DNA of 64,000 nucleotides from a bacterium (GCA_963693055.1 OY843751.1:3680001-3744000); one strand, 5' to 3'; shown: positions 30,504 through 40,082, numbered from the stretch's first letter. The notes: generated from the sequence alone by a model not told the origin. A program made the numbers and translations.

Positions 30504-30740
30504 GAGTTCAAATTCATCCGTTTTCAAAGCACGGATTTAAGTATAAAAGGAATAGTATAAAAGTAAGAGTAGGGGCTGTATCAAAAGGGTCAAATTTGTC
30601 ATATTTTGAAATATTCGCAAAAAACTCGTTCAATAAAAACAATATGTTACTTCATCGGCATGTTGACCAAAATCACGTTTTTCGGGCTTTTGATACAGCC
30701 CCCAAATATTACACGATGCATAAATATGCATCGCGATCAA
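30504..30740. repeat. Composite palindromic repeat, copy B (Y'-[MITE]-X)
   Basis: GAGTTCAAATTCATCCGT..ACGGATTTAAGTATAAAAGG, then AATATTACACGATGCATAAATATGCATCGCGATCAA. Confidence 0.85.
30572..30702. mobile_element. 131-bp MITE with perfect 16-bp TIRs, IS1182-like ends
   Basis: GGGGCTGTATCAAAAG (30572-30587) and CTTTTGATACAGCCCC (30687-30702); too short to encode a transposase. Family assignment rests on recalled resemblance to IS1182 termini. Confidence 0.8.
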
Positions 30741-30752
30741 TCCCGTTCTGGT

Positions 30753-31469
30753 TCATTTCGCTCGTCTAAATTTTTTCCGGTACTCTTTGTCCATTTTTTC
30801 AGTGGCGTATTGAACGATCAAGCGACCGCATTCATCCTTCCACTGCATCAGGAAATCTTCGATGGCTTTGGGATATTTCTTCCACAGTCCCCGCAAGAGT
30901 GTGCCAATACCTTTCTGCACATATTCGGATGTGTCCGTCATGAGTGGAGTAATCACGGGCAGGGCTGTCTCCGGCTCCAGTCCTTTGTCAACCATTTCAA
31001 CCAGGGTAACCGGTACAACACGCCGCTGCCACTCGGATTCAGCGGTTACCCATGTACCCAGTTTTTCATAACTGATTATATTTTCCTGCATAATATATGC
31101 AAAGACGGTCATACAAAGCACATCGGTATTTGCCCAATTATCAATGCCCTTTTCAAACCATGTGGCGAGTCGGTCAAAGGTATTTTCGGTAAAATCATGC
31201 CGTTTGGAATACAGTAAACCGATGGCAAAAGAAATCTCTTCGTATTTGCCAACCTGCGTCAACTTTTCTCCCAGATCGAGAAAATCATCCACGGTCATCT
31301 CATCTTGCCACTGTTCGATCCAGGCGTCGCGCTGCGATTCGTATACATGGCGGTCCAGACCATATCCGTCGAATCCGCCTTTGAAATAACGGGACATTTT
31401 TTCAACTTCTGCCGGATTTGCGTTTTCCACACAAAAATCGTGGATTTGTTTTACTTTTTCGTCCAGCAT
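30753..31469 (-). CDS. DNA alkylation repair protein (AlkD-like HEAT repeat)
   Basis: MSRYFK, IDNWANTD, WQRR, YVQKGIGTLLR, VQYATEKM. Confidence 0.85.
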   Translation of the reverse strand: MLDEKVKQIHDFCVENANPAEVEKMSRYFKGGFDGYGLDRHVYESQRDAWIEQWQDEMTVDDFLDLGEKLTQVGKYEEISFAIGLLYSKRHDFTENTFDRLATWFEKGIDNWANTDVLCMTVFAYIMQENIISYEKLGTWVTAESEWQRRVVPVTLVEMVDKGLEPETALPVITPLMTDTSEYVQKGIGTLLRGLWKKYPKAIEDFLMQWKDECGRLIVQYATEKMDKEYRKKFRRAK

Positions 31470-31490
31470 ATATACTCCTTTTTATTATAC

Positions 31491-31756
31491 TGCGTCCACA
31501 ACTCCCGCCTTGGACGCAAATGACAAAGATAAACGCTGTTTATTCTCATCTCTGCATACCCACTCGAACTATATTAGCACCCATGCTAAACCAGGGTACG
31601 AGAGAAAATGTAAATCCGCTGACCGGTCCCTGAGTTCCAATCCGTTCGCATTTGAGGACGGATTGGAGTATAAAAGGGCCGGCATGAAAATGTTTGAATA
31701 ACGGGACATATATCCCGCCCAATATTATACGATGCATAAATATGCATCGCGATCAA
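31491..31756. repeat. Composite palindromic repeat, copy C (Z-Y-X plus an extra hairpin)
   Basis: Z 31577-31602; Y 31623-31682; X 31699-31756; TGCGTCCA..TGGACGCA at 31491-31518. Confidence 0.88.
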
Positions 31757-31786
31757 TTTGGTTTCCACTAGTACGGATTAATATTC

Positions 31787-34147
31787 TCACTTAATAACCA
31801 TCACAACTTTTACTTCTGACTGGTTTCTGAAAATCACCAGATTCAGTTTACCTTTCCAGCTAACGCCCTGGTAGATACTGAACAAATCTTTAATATTTTC
31901 CACGTCTTTGTCATCAGCTATGATTATGACATCGCCACTTTGTAATCCTGTTTTTCCTGCAATCGAGTTTGTTTCTACACCGGCAATCAGCACACCCGCG
32001 GCTTTGCTTAAACCATAAGCGGAACGTTCGCCCTGTGTTGTAATATTTTTGAGCTTTGCGCCCATCCACTCTACTATTTGCTCATCGGCTTGACCATCGG
32101 CAATAACAGACAGCATCAATGGCAATTCTGGGATCTTGGCAATTGCTTTAAAAGCCGGTTTAACAACGCCAAAACTGTCCATTGCAAAATTCACAAATCC
32201 CAGTTTTAGCGCGGGTGATGTATCTTTGACACGAAAATCATAATTTTGCGGATCCATAAATTGGGGATCTCCAAACGTGCTGTGCGTATCTATGTCATGT
32301 TCCCTGGCATTTGCAAGCGTTTGCTCGTCCGCAAAAAGATTGTAATCAATCTCTTTGCCCCAACCCAACATGCGGTATTCCCGATGTTCTGCGGAGACAA
32401 TATTTCTTCTGAATACATCACCGCTGTTTGCAAACCAAGCATGCGGATGAAATCCATTATTGACCATGATATTGTTTTCAACCGTACGGTAAAATCCCTC
32501 ACGCAGCTTAATACCACCATTCAAACACAAATTGTTATAAAGGTGATAATTTGATGATCCGTCATCCAGGTCAATATCCCAGCCGTGATCACATCGAAAC
32601 CGGTTATCATGAATGACCGTAGTGTTTACCGCATCCCAGTATGGCATTTCAGGATTGTTACTTGTAATTTCATCCATTTTATCACGGATCGGCAGCCAAA
32701 ACCGGTCACGTCCCCAGGAGTTGAACGAACCATGATCACCGGTTTCCAGTACCGTATTGAACACATCATTATATTCAAGTACATGTCCGCCCCAGGTCCC
32801 ATCTCCTATATTGATACCGGCACGCGGCACATCATATATCGAGTTGTGACTGATGGTAATCCCCATTGACATAGCAATCTGTACCCCGGCAGTTTGTTTC
32901 TCTGTCCGGCCTGTACGGTGTATCAGATTATTATAAGCGATACAATCCTTTGGATACAGATCATTCTTTGGTCCCGGCTGGGTATCCATTTCTTCAAGCG
33001 GCACATATTCCTTATATTGAAAAGATGGTGAACGTACAGCAGAAGGCTCACCTACAAAAAGAATTCCGCTGGCACCGCAATCATGGATGTGGTTTCCGGA
33101 TATAGAAACATTACGATTATAGCCGCTTGTAAAAACAACATTGCCGCCCAAATTAACAAATTCACAATCCTCAATTGAACAATTCTCTGCTCCGGTAATA
33201 AAAACAGCGCCACCACGGTATATGGTCCAGTCACTGCGCAGCAACGGCTCATATTCCTCCATAAACGTACGCTGTGTATATTCAAAGGTGATATTGCTGA
33301 TCCTGATATTGCGAACCGGGCGTTCACGGCTGCCACTGATTTCGAGCAGGGACTTTAACACAATTCCTTCAAACACGGCAGAGCCCAAATCCAGATCCGT
33401 TACAGGCCAATAATATAACAAATGGGTATCCTTGTCCAAATACCACTCGCCCGGACTGTCAAGTTCTTCAAAAACGTTCTCTACCATTCGATATTTAGGA
33501 TGCAGTTCCGCATGGCGATTGTTCTGGTGCCCACCGGTTAAAATGGGTTTACCGTTTTCGTCCATACCGGTAATGATAAAATGATAATCCCCCCACTCTG
33601 CCTTGTGCATGGCGTTTACGATTATTCCAACAGGATTTTTCCAGGATTTCACACGCGCATCCGAATATGCATCAGCAGCGTGTCCCTGAAAATGGCCTCC
33701 ATTTTCATCATAATTGGGGTATCTTGCCAGAATCTGAATTTCCCCATTAACCACCAACTGGTCGAATGAAATATTCTCATTAACGGGTGCGACATAAACA
33801 TGTTGATCATATTTCTTCCAGGCAAGATCCAATACCATGGATCCTTTGATTTTCACACGCTTGGCATCCTGACCTGTGATTGTCAGATCACCCAATTCAG
33901 CAGGAATATGAACAAGCCTGTTCAAATGATACTCGCCGGGCATTAAATGAATGGTAATGGGACGCGTATCGCCTATTTTTCTAAACTCAAAAGCTTTAAG
34001 GATAGCTTTTTCGATATCTAAAAATGGTTCATTCTCTTTACCGGAATTACTATTATCGCCATTTGGAGAAACATAAATATCATTACTGTACAGAATTACG
34101 GGAAATATTAAAAGTATGAATAATAAACGAATGCTTTTCTTTTTCAT
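31787..34147 (-). CDS. Secreted GH141-like beta-helix protein with C-terminal PDZ domain
   Basis: IYVSPNG, ARYPN, LDSPGEWY, DIDLDDGSS; C-terminal GVLIAGVETNSIAGKTGLQSGDVII PDZ signature. Confidence 0.8.
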   Translation of the reverse strand: MKKKSIRLLFILLIFPVILYSNDIYVSPNGDNSNSGKENEPFLDIEKAILKAFEFRKIGDTRPITIHLMPGEYHLNRLVHIPAELGDLTITGQDAKRVKIKGSMVLDLAWKKYDQHVYVAPVNENISFDQLVVNGEIQILARYPNYDENGGHFQGHAADAYSDARVKSWKNPVGIIVNAMHKAEWGDYHFIITGMDENGKPILTGGHQNNRHAELHPKYRMVENVFEELDSPGEWYLDKDTHLLYYWPVTDLDLGSAVFEGIVLKSLLEISGSRERPVRNIRISNITFEYTQRTFMEEYEPLLRSDWTIYRGGAVFITGAENCSIEDCEFVNLGGNVVFTSGYNRNVSISGNHIHDCGASGILFVGEPSAVRSPSFQYKEYVPLEEMDTQPGPKNDLYPKDCIAYNNLIHRTGRTEKQTAGVQIAMSMGITISHNSIYDVPRAGINIGDGTWGGHVLEYNDVFNTVLETGDHGSFNSWGRDRFWLPIRDKMDEITSNNPEMPYWDAVNTTVIHDNRFRCDHGWDIDLDDGSSNYHLYNNLCLNGGIKLREGFYRTVENNIMVNNGFHPHAWFANSGDVFRRNIVSAEHREYRMLGWGKEIDYNLFADEQTLANAREHDIDTHSTFGDPQFMDPQNYDFRVKDTSPALKLGFVNFAMDSFGVVKPAFKAIAKIPELPLMLSVIADGQADEQIVEWMGAKLKNITTQGERSAYGLSKAAGVLIAGVETNSIAGKTGLQSGDVIIIADDKDVENIKDLFSIYQGVSWKGKLNLVIFRNQSEVKVVMVIK

Positions 34148-34263
34148 GTTTTCCGAATCCTTGCAATAGTCATTTAACTGAATGGGTTTAGAAAATCAAA
34201 TCGGGTATGCTTTATAAATGAATCGGTATCATTCTCGGTATTAGCCGGAGTAAAGTAAAAAAT

Positions 34264-34426
34264 TTACTCGTTCCGATCCACCAGCTGGTAGATCGGATTG
34301 AGTAACTATTCGTACCCAAGTTAAGCCAGGGTACGAGAAATAAAAAAGGCCGGTAGAAAAAAGTTAGAACAACGGGACAAATGTCCCGATTAATATTACA
34401 CGAGGCATGAATATGCATCGCTATCA
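34264..34426. repeat. Composite palindromic repeat, copy D (nested hairpin-Z-Y end-X)
   Basis: TCCGATCCACCAGCTGGTAGATCGGA; TCGTACCC..GGGTACGAG; AAAAGGCCGG; CGGGACAAATGTCCCG..AATATTACACGAGGCATGAATATGCATCGCTATCA. Confidence 0.88.
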
Positions 34427-34439
34427 TTTAAATAAAAAC

Positions 34440-35600
34440 CTACTTCCACTGAATAAGCACGCTCTTGGCCGTTTGAGCATCTGATGCAATAATCACCAAA
34501 TCATCCGTCACATTATGCTTGGGACCGGTGGCATTGTTCAATGGTGCATCGATGGCAATCTCTGCGGGTCCGAAATCAATCACATCCGCATCAGATTTGC
34601 GTACTTTGATTTTATGATGTAAAGAGTAAAACAGCAATACATCATTCGTTAGCTCGTTCAGGCAGATAATCCCACGGGTGCCTTCATCGTCTACATACAC
34701 CAAATCATCCCAGGTGCCGTTAGAATGGCGGCGTAGAAACGCAATCTTTGGATACCCTTTTGTGTCATAACTGGTTTTGACAGATACGAAAAGCGTTCCA
34801 TCATTAGCTACACACATATTTAAATGATCATCGGCCATACCATCACCAATTTCATCCAGCGCGGATTGAGAAGCGGGCTGCTCGTCCACAGACCAGGTTT
34901 GAGGAACGTCTCCGTCTTTATGCACGCGGAAACCAAAGCGTTTGGTATCTTGATTAGACCACAATACGGCAATCTTTTTACCGGGCAATGCAGTTAACGC
35001 GCAAATATCATCTTTATAAATATCATTTGCAAGAGGAACAGGAATACTCCATTTTGTATACGGAGCGTCACTACAAATCACCATCACATCATGCAGGGTA
35101 TCAAATGCGCTCCAAAGACGACCGTTAGAATCCATGTCCATAGATGCGGCTTCAGTATCCGGGTGATAGGTAATTGGCGAGATTTCCGGTCTTTGCTCCC
35201 ACATTTTATAATTACCGGAAGCTTTATCATATTGGACAGATACCAGACCTGAATGTTCTCCCCTGAACAGCAGAATATGCACCAGATCATTAACAGATTT
35301 CACATCAGCGTGACTGTCGGTCCATTCTGCAATGCGCAATGCCTTTTGCCATTGCGTAGCGTTTAATTTCCAGATAAACGTGCCTTCAGAATCCGGTAAA
35401 ACCGCCCACCAAGTATTGTCATATTTCCAGACCTTGGATTGTGGCTTGAATTCGGTATTGGCAGAAATCTTGACCGGTTCCAGATCAGTGATCTTGTATT
35501 CCATCTTTTGAGGGCCGGCAGAGCAATTTAAAAACAACAATGCAGCTAAAATTCCTGATAAAATATAAGACACGAAAATTTTTGTACTTTTCAACTTCAT
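34440..35600 (-). CDS. Lipoprotein with probable beta-propeller fold, function unknown
   Basis: LFLNC lipobox; EFKPQSKVW, ADDHLN, VKTSYD; Trp/Asp-rich beta pattern. Confidence 0.6.
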   Translation of the reverse strand: MKLKSTKIFVSYILSGILAALLFLNCSAGPQKMEYKITDLEPVKISANTEFKPQSKVWKYDNTWWAVLPDSEGTFIWKLNATQWQKALRIAEWTDSHADVKSVNDLVHILLFRGEHSGLVSVQYDKASGNYKMWEQRPEISPITYHPDTEAASMDMDSNGRLWSAFDTLHDVMVICSDAPYTKWSIPVPLANDIYKDDICALTALPGKKIAVLWSNQDTKRFGFRVHKDGDVPQTWSVDEQPASQSALDEIGDGMADDHLNMCVANDGTLFVSVKTSYDTKGYPKIAFLRRHSNGTWDDLVYVDDEGTRGIICLNELTNDVLLFYSLHHKIKVRKSDADVIDFGPAEIAIDAPLNNATGPKHNVTDDLVIIASDAQTAKSVLIQWK

Positions 35601-35662
35601 AATGTCATTCCCTTTAGTTAATACTATTGACTACAAGATATAAAATCAGACAGAAATCTGAT

Positions 35663-37747
35663 TTATTTATTCATACGTTTATAGGTGATCAATTGTGAAC
35701 CGGGATTATCAAGGATACGGATTTCAATTCCGTTTTTTAATTCACGCCCGGATTTTGTGCAAATTGCTCCATTATTTTCATAACACAGTTCATAATCACT
35801 ATCGTCTTCCAATCCCTGCAATGATATTGAATGTTCAATATCATTACATCTGGGACGGCGAAAGACCAGAACCATTCCGGTTCCATCCTCTTTTTGATGA
35901 AACTGATACGCCATCCATCTGTCATGACGGGTAGAGTACTCTGTCAATGGAAAAAAATCACCCTCAAAATTGGGTCTGATCTTTTTATATTCATCATAGA
36001 TGAATCTGGCTTTATCTTGAGGAAAATTGTTTTCATACAAATTCCATCCCGTTACCATTGATGCTGAATAGGTACTGCGGGCCACATACATATCCTGTAC
36101 GGTACTACCGGTCCCATGCTGAGGAAAATAAAAAGACAATCCGTATGTATGGTTCTGACGGCCAGTGGGCTCGGTGTAATTGTAATCCGAACGCCACAGA
36201 GCCACACTGCGCGAAATCATCTCGAGGTCCAAACGCCTGCCGCCGCTGGCACAATTGTCAATCACCAGTCCGGGATGCCGTTCCAGTAACTCGTCCCAAA
36301 AGGCATACAGTCCTTCAATATGACGGATTTCAGTCATACCCTGTCGGTCAGGTGCGTCAAGAGAGCGCCAATAGTCCAGGGGACGAATATTAAAATCCTG
36401 CCGATACAGATCAACACCGTTTTCTTCAATCAGTGTAGAGATCAGATCGGTCATCCACTGTCGTGCCTCCCGTATGCCGAGATTGAAAATACCATTGCTG
36501 TCGTCAGGATTGCGTTTGATGACCCATTCGGGATGTTCCGTATCTACCCACGTGCCTTTGTATACACGCTCCGGTTCAAACCAGAGAATAAATTTGAGCC
36601 CCATCTCTTCAACCGCGTCTGCCACCGGTTTCAAGCCGTTGGGGAAATGCTCTTTACGGATGTACCAGTTGCCCACATTCTGGTGCCAGGTACCTTTTTG
36701 AAAATCCATACTGCCATACCAGCCGGCATCTATCCACCAATACTCGGCCTGCAGTCCAAATTGTTGATAGCGTTCTGCCAGTGCGATCATGTTGTGCTCT
36801 GTAGCCAGTGTAAACTCTTCAAACATGAACGCGCCTCCATTGCACGCCAACGGACCGGTATAAGGTTTACCCTCCAGTTGCGGAGTATGATGAGCCAAAA
36901 CAAACTGTCTAAACAGGTTGTGACCGCGCATACGATCATCTCCCTGCCAGAATAGCAGTAATATCCTCGGGGTACGGATGCATTCACCGGGATACAAAAC
37001 GAGATGTGTTTTTTCCATACCGGCGCTGAATTCAACACCCTTTTCATCTTTTCTGCTAAAAACGGATTGCCACTGTCCGGTCCAGCCAACCGCAGCCATA
37101 ACGCCCCGGTCTCCTGCCTGCAGATTAAAAAACGGTAACGCAGTCTCATCGGATGAACGTCCGCCTTTTGGGGCCAGTACCAACTCGGAATGGGGTTTTA
37201 GTTCATTCTTTAACGGGGCAAAATCATTTTCTCCATGATTGCTGCCTAATGCGTGGTGTAATACAAATTCATTGCGGTCATTAAAAAGCTGCAAATCCGC
37301 GGCCTGAATATTCTCCAGAACTGGCGTGTTACTTGTGCCGGTGTTTTCAAACTCAAGCACCCACTCTACCGCTGGGAAATCCGCATACACATCCGCGCTA
37401 CAATGAATGACGAGCCCGGTTTTGGGATCTTTAAAAGTAAGGATATATTTTGAAATATTGTTACCGGCTTTAGCTTTATCAAACAAAAGCTGCCAGTCCT
37501 TCAAAAATGCATCAGATGCCTGATTATCATATTGAAATGAGAAAAACGGGGTCAATTCTGTTGACAGATGATCAGCAACCCACTGTTCAAGCATTTCTTT
37601 TTCAGCTTTGGAATAATTGTTCTCTGCCGCCGTTCCCGAAGACACAAAACCAATAGACAATACAACCAGAACTACAAAAATCATGCAACTGCGAATTCGA
37701 TCAGACATGCTTTTTCCTTTTCTAAATAAAAAACTGCCGATGTACAA
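35663..37747 (-). CDS. GH36 alpha-galactosidase (likely start near 37708)
   Basis: WWIDAGWY, LWFEPERV, RQDFN, DNCASGGRRLD, WRSD. Confidence 0.9.
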   Translation of the reverse strand: MYIGSFLFRKGKSMSDRIRSCMIFVVLVVLSIGFVSSGTAAENNYSKAEKEMLEQWVADHLSTELTPFFSFQYDNQASDAFLKDWQLLFDKAKAGNNISKYILTFKDPKTGLVIHCSADVYADFPAVEWVLEFENTGTSNTPVLENIQAADLQLFNDRNEFVLHHALGSNHGENDFAPLKNELKPHSELVLAPKGGRSSDETALPFFNLQAGDRGVMAAVGWTGQWQSVFSRKDEKGVEFSAGMEKTHLVLYPGECIRTPRILLLFWQGDDRMRGHNLFRQFVLAHHTPQLEGKPYTGPLACNGGAFMFEEFTLATEHNMIALAERYQQFGLQAEYWWIDAGWYGSMDFQKGTWHQNVGNWYIRKEHFPNGLKPVADAVEEMGLKFILWFEPERVYKGTWVDTEHPEWVIKRNPDDSNGIFNLGIREARQWMTDLISTLIEENGVDLYRQDFNIRPLDYWRSLDAPDRQGMTEIRHIEGLYAFWDELLERHPGLVIDNCASGGRRLDLEMISRSVALWRSDYNYTEPTGRQNHTYGLSFYFPQHGTGSTVQDMYVARSTYSASMVTGWNLYENNFPQDKARFIYDEYKKIRPNFEGDFFPLTEYSTRHDRWMAYQFHQKEDGTGMVLVFRRPRCNDIEHSISLQGLEDDSDYELCYENNGAICTKSGRELKNGIEIRILDNPGSQLITYKRMNK

Positions 37748-37774
37748 GATCCTTTATTATTAAAAGATCATATC

Positions 37775-38572
37775 TCAAGGTAATGCATCAATTTGTTTAT
37801 ACAATAATTGCAAAGTTTCCTGCTCATTTGTTAAACTATCAGCCAATATATAATCCCAAAATGCTGTATTCAGACTGTCCTTACCGTTAAACAGTCGTTC
37901 AACAGTTCCATTCTTGATTTCACGGTTAAACAGTTTATTCAATCGTTCACGATCTACTTGTTCCAGACGTTCAATATGATTTTCTCTCAATCTAAAAAAT
38001 GGAGATTGACTTTCCCAGTGACTACTTTCAATTTTATTATATAAATCAATTGTTGTCAATATCCAATCATTGGTATTTATATCGGAAAACACTTTAGCCA
38101 GTCGTTTATAATAACCATAATAATTTTTTTCTATTTTAATTGGTCCCATATGCTCTACTGAATCAGGTCTAATATTGGTCCAATTCGAAAAGGGGCCCCA
38201 ATATATTCTTGTCTCAGTAGTAAAAGTATTTTCAAACCAAACACCAAATGAATAAATATAGTGCCATTTCAAAAAGACAATAGAAAAAACTAAAATATAA
38301 ATAACGTTGGTGATTACTTTTCCTTTTAGGTTATTTGTATATTGGAATGCCAGCTTTATCATTCCATAAATTAATAAATAAGAAACAATAATTATAAAAA
38401 TATCTAACCAATAATTAAATATTGTTTCTTTGGCAGAACCGGAGGATATTCGGCTACAAGTAACAACTTTATAAAGAATAAAAAAGCCCGGTATATACAA
38501 ATAAGTATGGATCAAATAGACAATAGCTAAAGTAATTCTGAAAATGGTTCTCTTTTGAATCTTTTTACTCAC
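37775..38572 (-). CDS. Hypothetical membrane protein (3 N-terminal TMs)
   Basis: 265-aa AT-rich ORF with hydrophobic N-half. Confidence 0.55.
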   Translation of the reverse strand: MSKKIQKRTIFRITLAIVYLIHTYLYIPGFFILYKVVTCSRISSGSAKETIFNYWLDIFIIIVSYLLIYGMIKLAFQYTNNLKGKVITNVIYILVFSIVFLKWHYIYSFGVWFENTFTTETRIYWGPFSNWTNIRPDSVEHMGPIKIEKNYYGYYKRLAKVFSDINTNDWILTTIDLYNKIESSHWESQSPFFRLRENHIERLEQVDRERLNKLFNREIKNGTVERLFNGKDSLNTAFWDYILADSLTNEQETLQLLYKQIDALP

Positions 38573-38617
38573 TATTTTGTTGATCCAAATTCATTTATGT
38601 ATAATTTTTATTAATAA

Positions 38618-39229
38618 TCAGGCTTTGAATCTATATAGACAAAAACGGTACAAAAACCAAAAGAATACGCCCTGACTGATCAAAAAATAAACCAACATAA
38701 CCTGATAAAAGACGGGTGAATGTTCAGTCATGAATCCGGTAAAATAATAACGTCCAAATTCAATCAGTACCATTAATGCTTTTAATATTTGCAAACCCAG
38801 TACTATTGTTAAAAAATTTGCTGATTTAATAAATGTGCTTTCAACATCAGGTATTTGCTTTTTATAAAGTATTAACACAATAAAGAACAAAAAAGAATCA
38901 ATAAAACCAAAACCTAATCCCAAAAACCTGCTGTCCATTGGACCTAATACTTTGATAACAAACGGTAAATGTAGCAATAAAGTTACCAGATAGCAGGCTA
39001 TCAATGCTTTAAACCAATTTTTCAAAGATCTGTAAGGTGTTTGATCAAGAAAGAATAAAATCAAAAAAACAAAAACAACTATTCTCGACAACAATGACAA
39101 AATTTTAGTAATACTGGCAACGCCCGAACTCTCGAATAATACAGGTGCAAAACTATGGCCCAGCTTGTTTAATACTGTATAAACGATAACAATCATGAAT
39201 GTAATAGTTATATTTTTTAAATTCATCAC
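38618..39229 (-). CDS. Hypothetical integral membrane protein (about 6 TMs)
   Basis: 203-aa hydrophobic ORF with AAGGGG RBS. Confidence 0.6.
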   Translation of the reverse strand: MMNLKNITITFMIVIVYTVLNKLGHSFAPVLFESSGVASITKILSLLSRIVVFVFLILFFLDQTPYRSLKNWFKALIACYLVTLLLHLPFVIKVLGPMDSRFLGLGFGFIDSFLFFIVLILYKKQIPDVESTFIKSANFLTIVLGLQILKALMVLIEFGRYYFTGFMTEHSPVFYQVMLVYFLISQGVFFWFLYRFCLYRFKA

Positions 39230-39284
39230 ATCCCCTTTTTAAAATATAAAGCGACATTTTAAGTTTTACACCTGGCAAATGAGT

Positions 39285-40082
39285 TTATTCGTTCAAATTT
39301 TCCCGGATAAACTCTGGTCGATTGGTAGTAATAGAGCCCGCGCCCCAAGTCTTGAAGCGATTGGCTATATCCGTGTCGTCCACCGTCCATACATGGTATT
39401 CGTACCCTGCATTTTTGACAGCATCGATAAAATCTTTTTCAATCAGCTTATGGCTTGAACTGAATCCCGTTGCTTTAATATCTTTTAATGTCGCCAGTAC
39501 AGATTCTAATGTGGGCGTAACAACTCCATTTTCTTCTTTGAATCCACTCAACCAGTTTGCTTTGTACTGGGGTGCTTTTTCACGCATTGCCTTGATCACA
39601 GATTCATTGAAAGAAATGATAACAATCTGTTCGTCTTTTAATCCTGATTTCTCAAACTCTTTTAACATAGAAGGAATGATCTCGGGACCACATTTAATCT
39701 CTACATAGATCATTTTCCCATCGGGTACAACCTCCAGAACCTGTTTCAAGGTAGGAATACGGGTACCTTTGAATTTCTCATCTTTCCAGGCACCTGCATC
39801 CAGATCGCGTAACTGATCATAGCTGCATTCCTTAATCTCCAGATCAACACCGGTTACACGTTTGATATTACCATCATGGAAACAGACGATCTTGCCATCT
39901 GTAGTCAGGTAAAAATCGCCTTCAATGGCATCTGCATTTTTTTGCCATGCGAGTTCAAAAGCAGGGATGGTATTTTCAGGCGCGTCATGAGATGCACCAC
40001 GATGCGCTACAATAAGCGGCTCGCTGGCCAAAGCTGTTATGGTAAAAAATAAAACAAAGAATAAAATACTCGTTTTTTTCAT
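39285..40082 (-). CDS. glpQ: Glycerophosphodiester phosphodiesterase
   Basis: VAHRGASHDAPENT, IEGD, HD, VEIK, WTVD, ITTNRP. Start set at MKKTS after GGAG. Confidence 0.88.
   Translation of the reverse strand: MKKTSILFFVLFFTITALASEPLIVAHRGASHDAPENTIPAFELAWQKNADAIEGDFYLTTDGKIVCFHDGNIKRVTGVDLEIKECSYDQLRDLDAGAWKDEKFKGTRIPTLKQVLEVVPDGKMIYVEIKCGPEIIPSMLKEFEKSGLKDEQIVIISFNESVIKAMREKAPQYKANWLSGFKEENGVVTPTLESVLATLKDIKATGFSSSHKLIEKDFIDAVKNAGYEYHVWTVDDTDIANRFKTWGAGSITTNRPEFIRENLNE

Noticed and set aside
28591-34426. CRISPR array or integron attC array
   Set aside because: Repeats are long, modular and separated by whole genes rather than 30-40 nt spacers. No consistent RYYYAAC/GTTRRRY boxes across copies, and no cas or intI gene.
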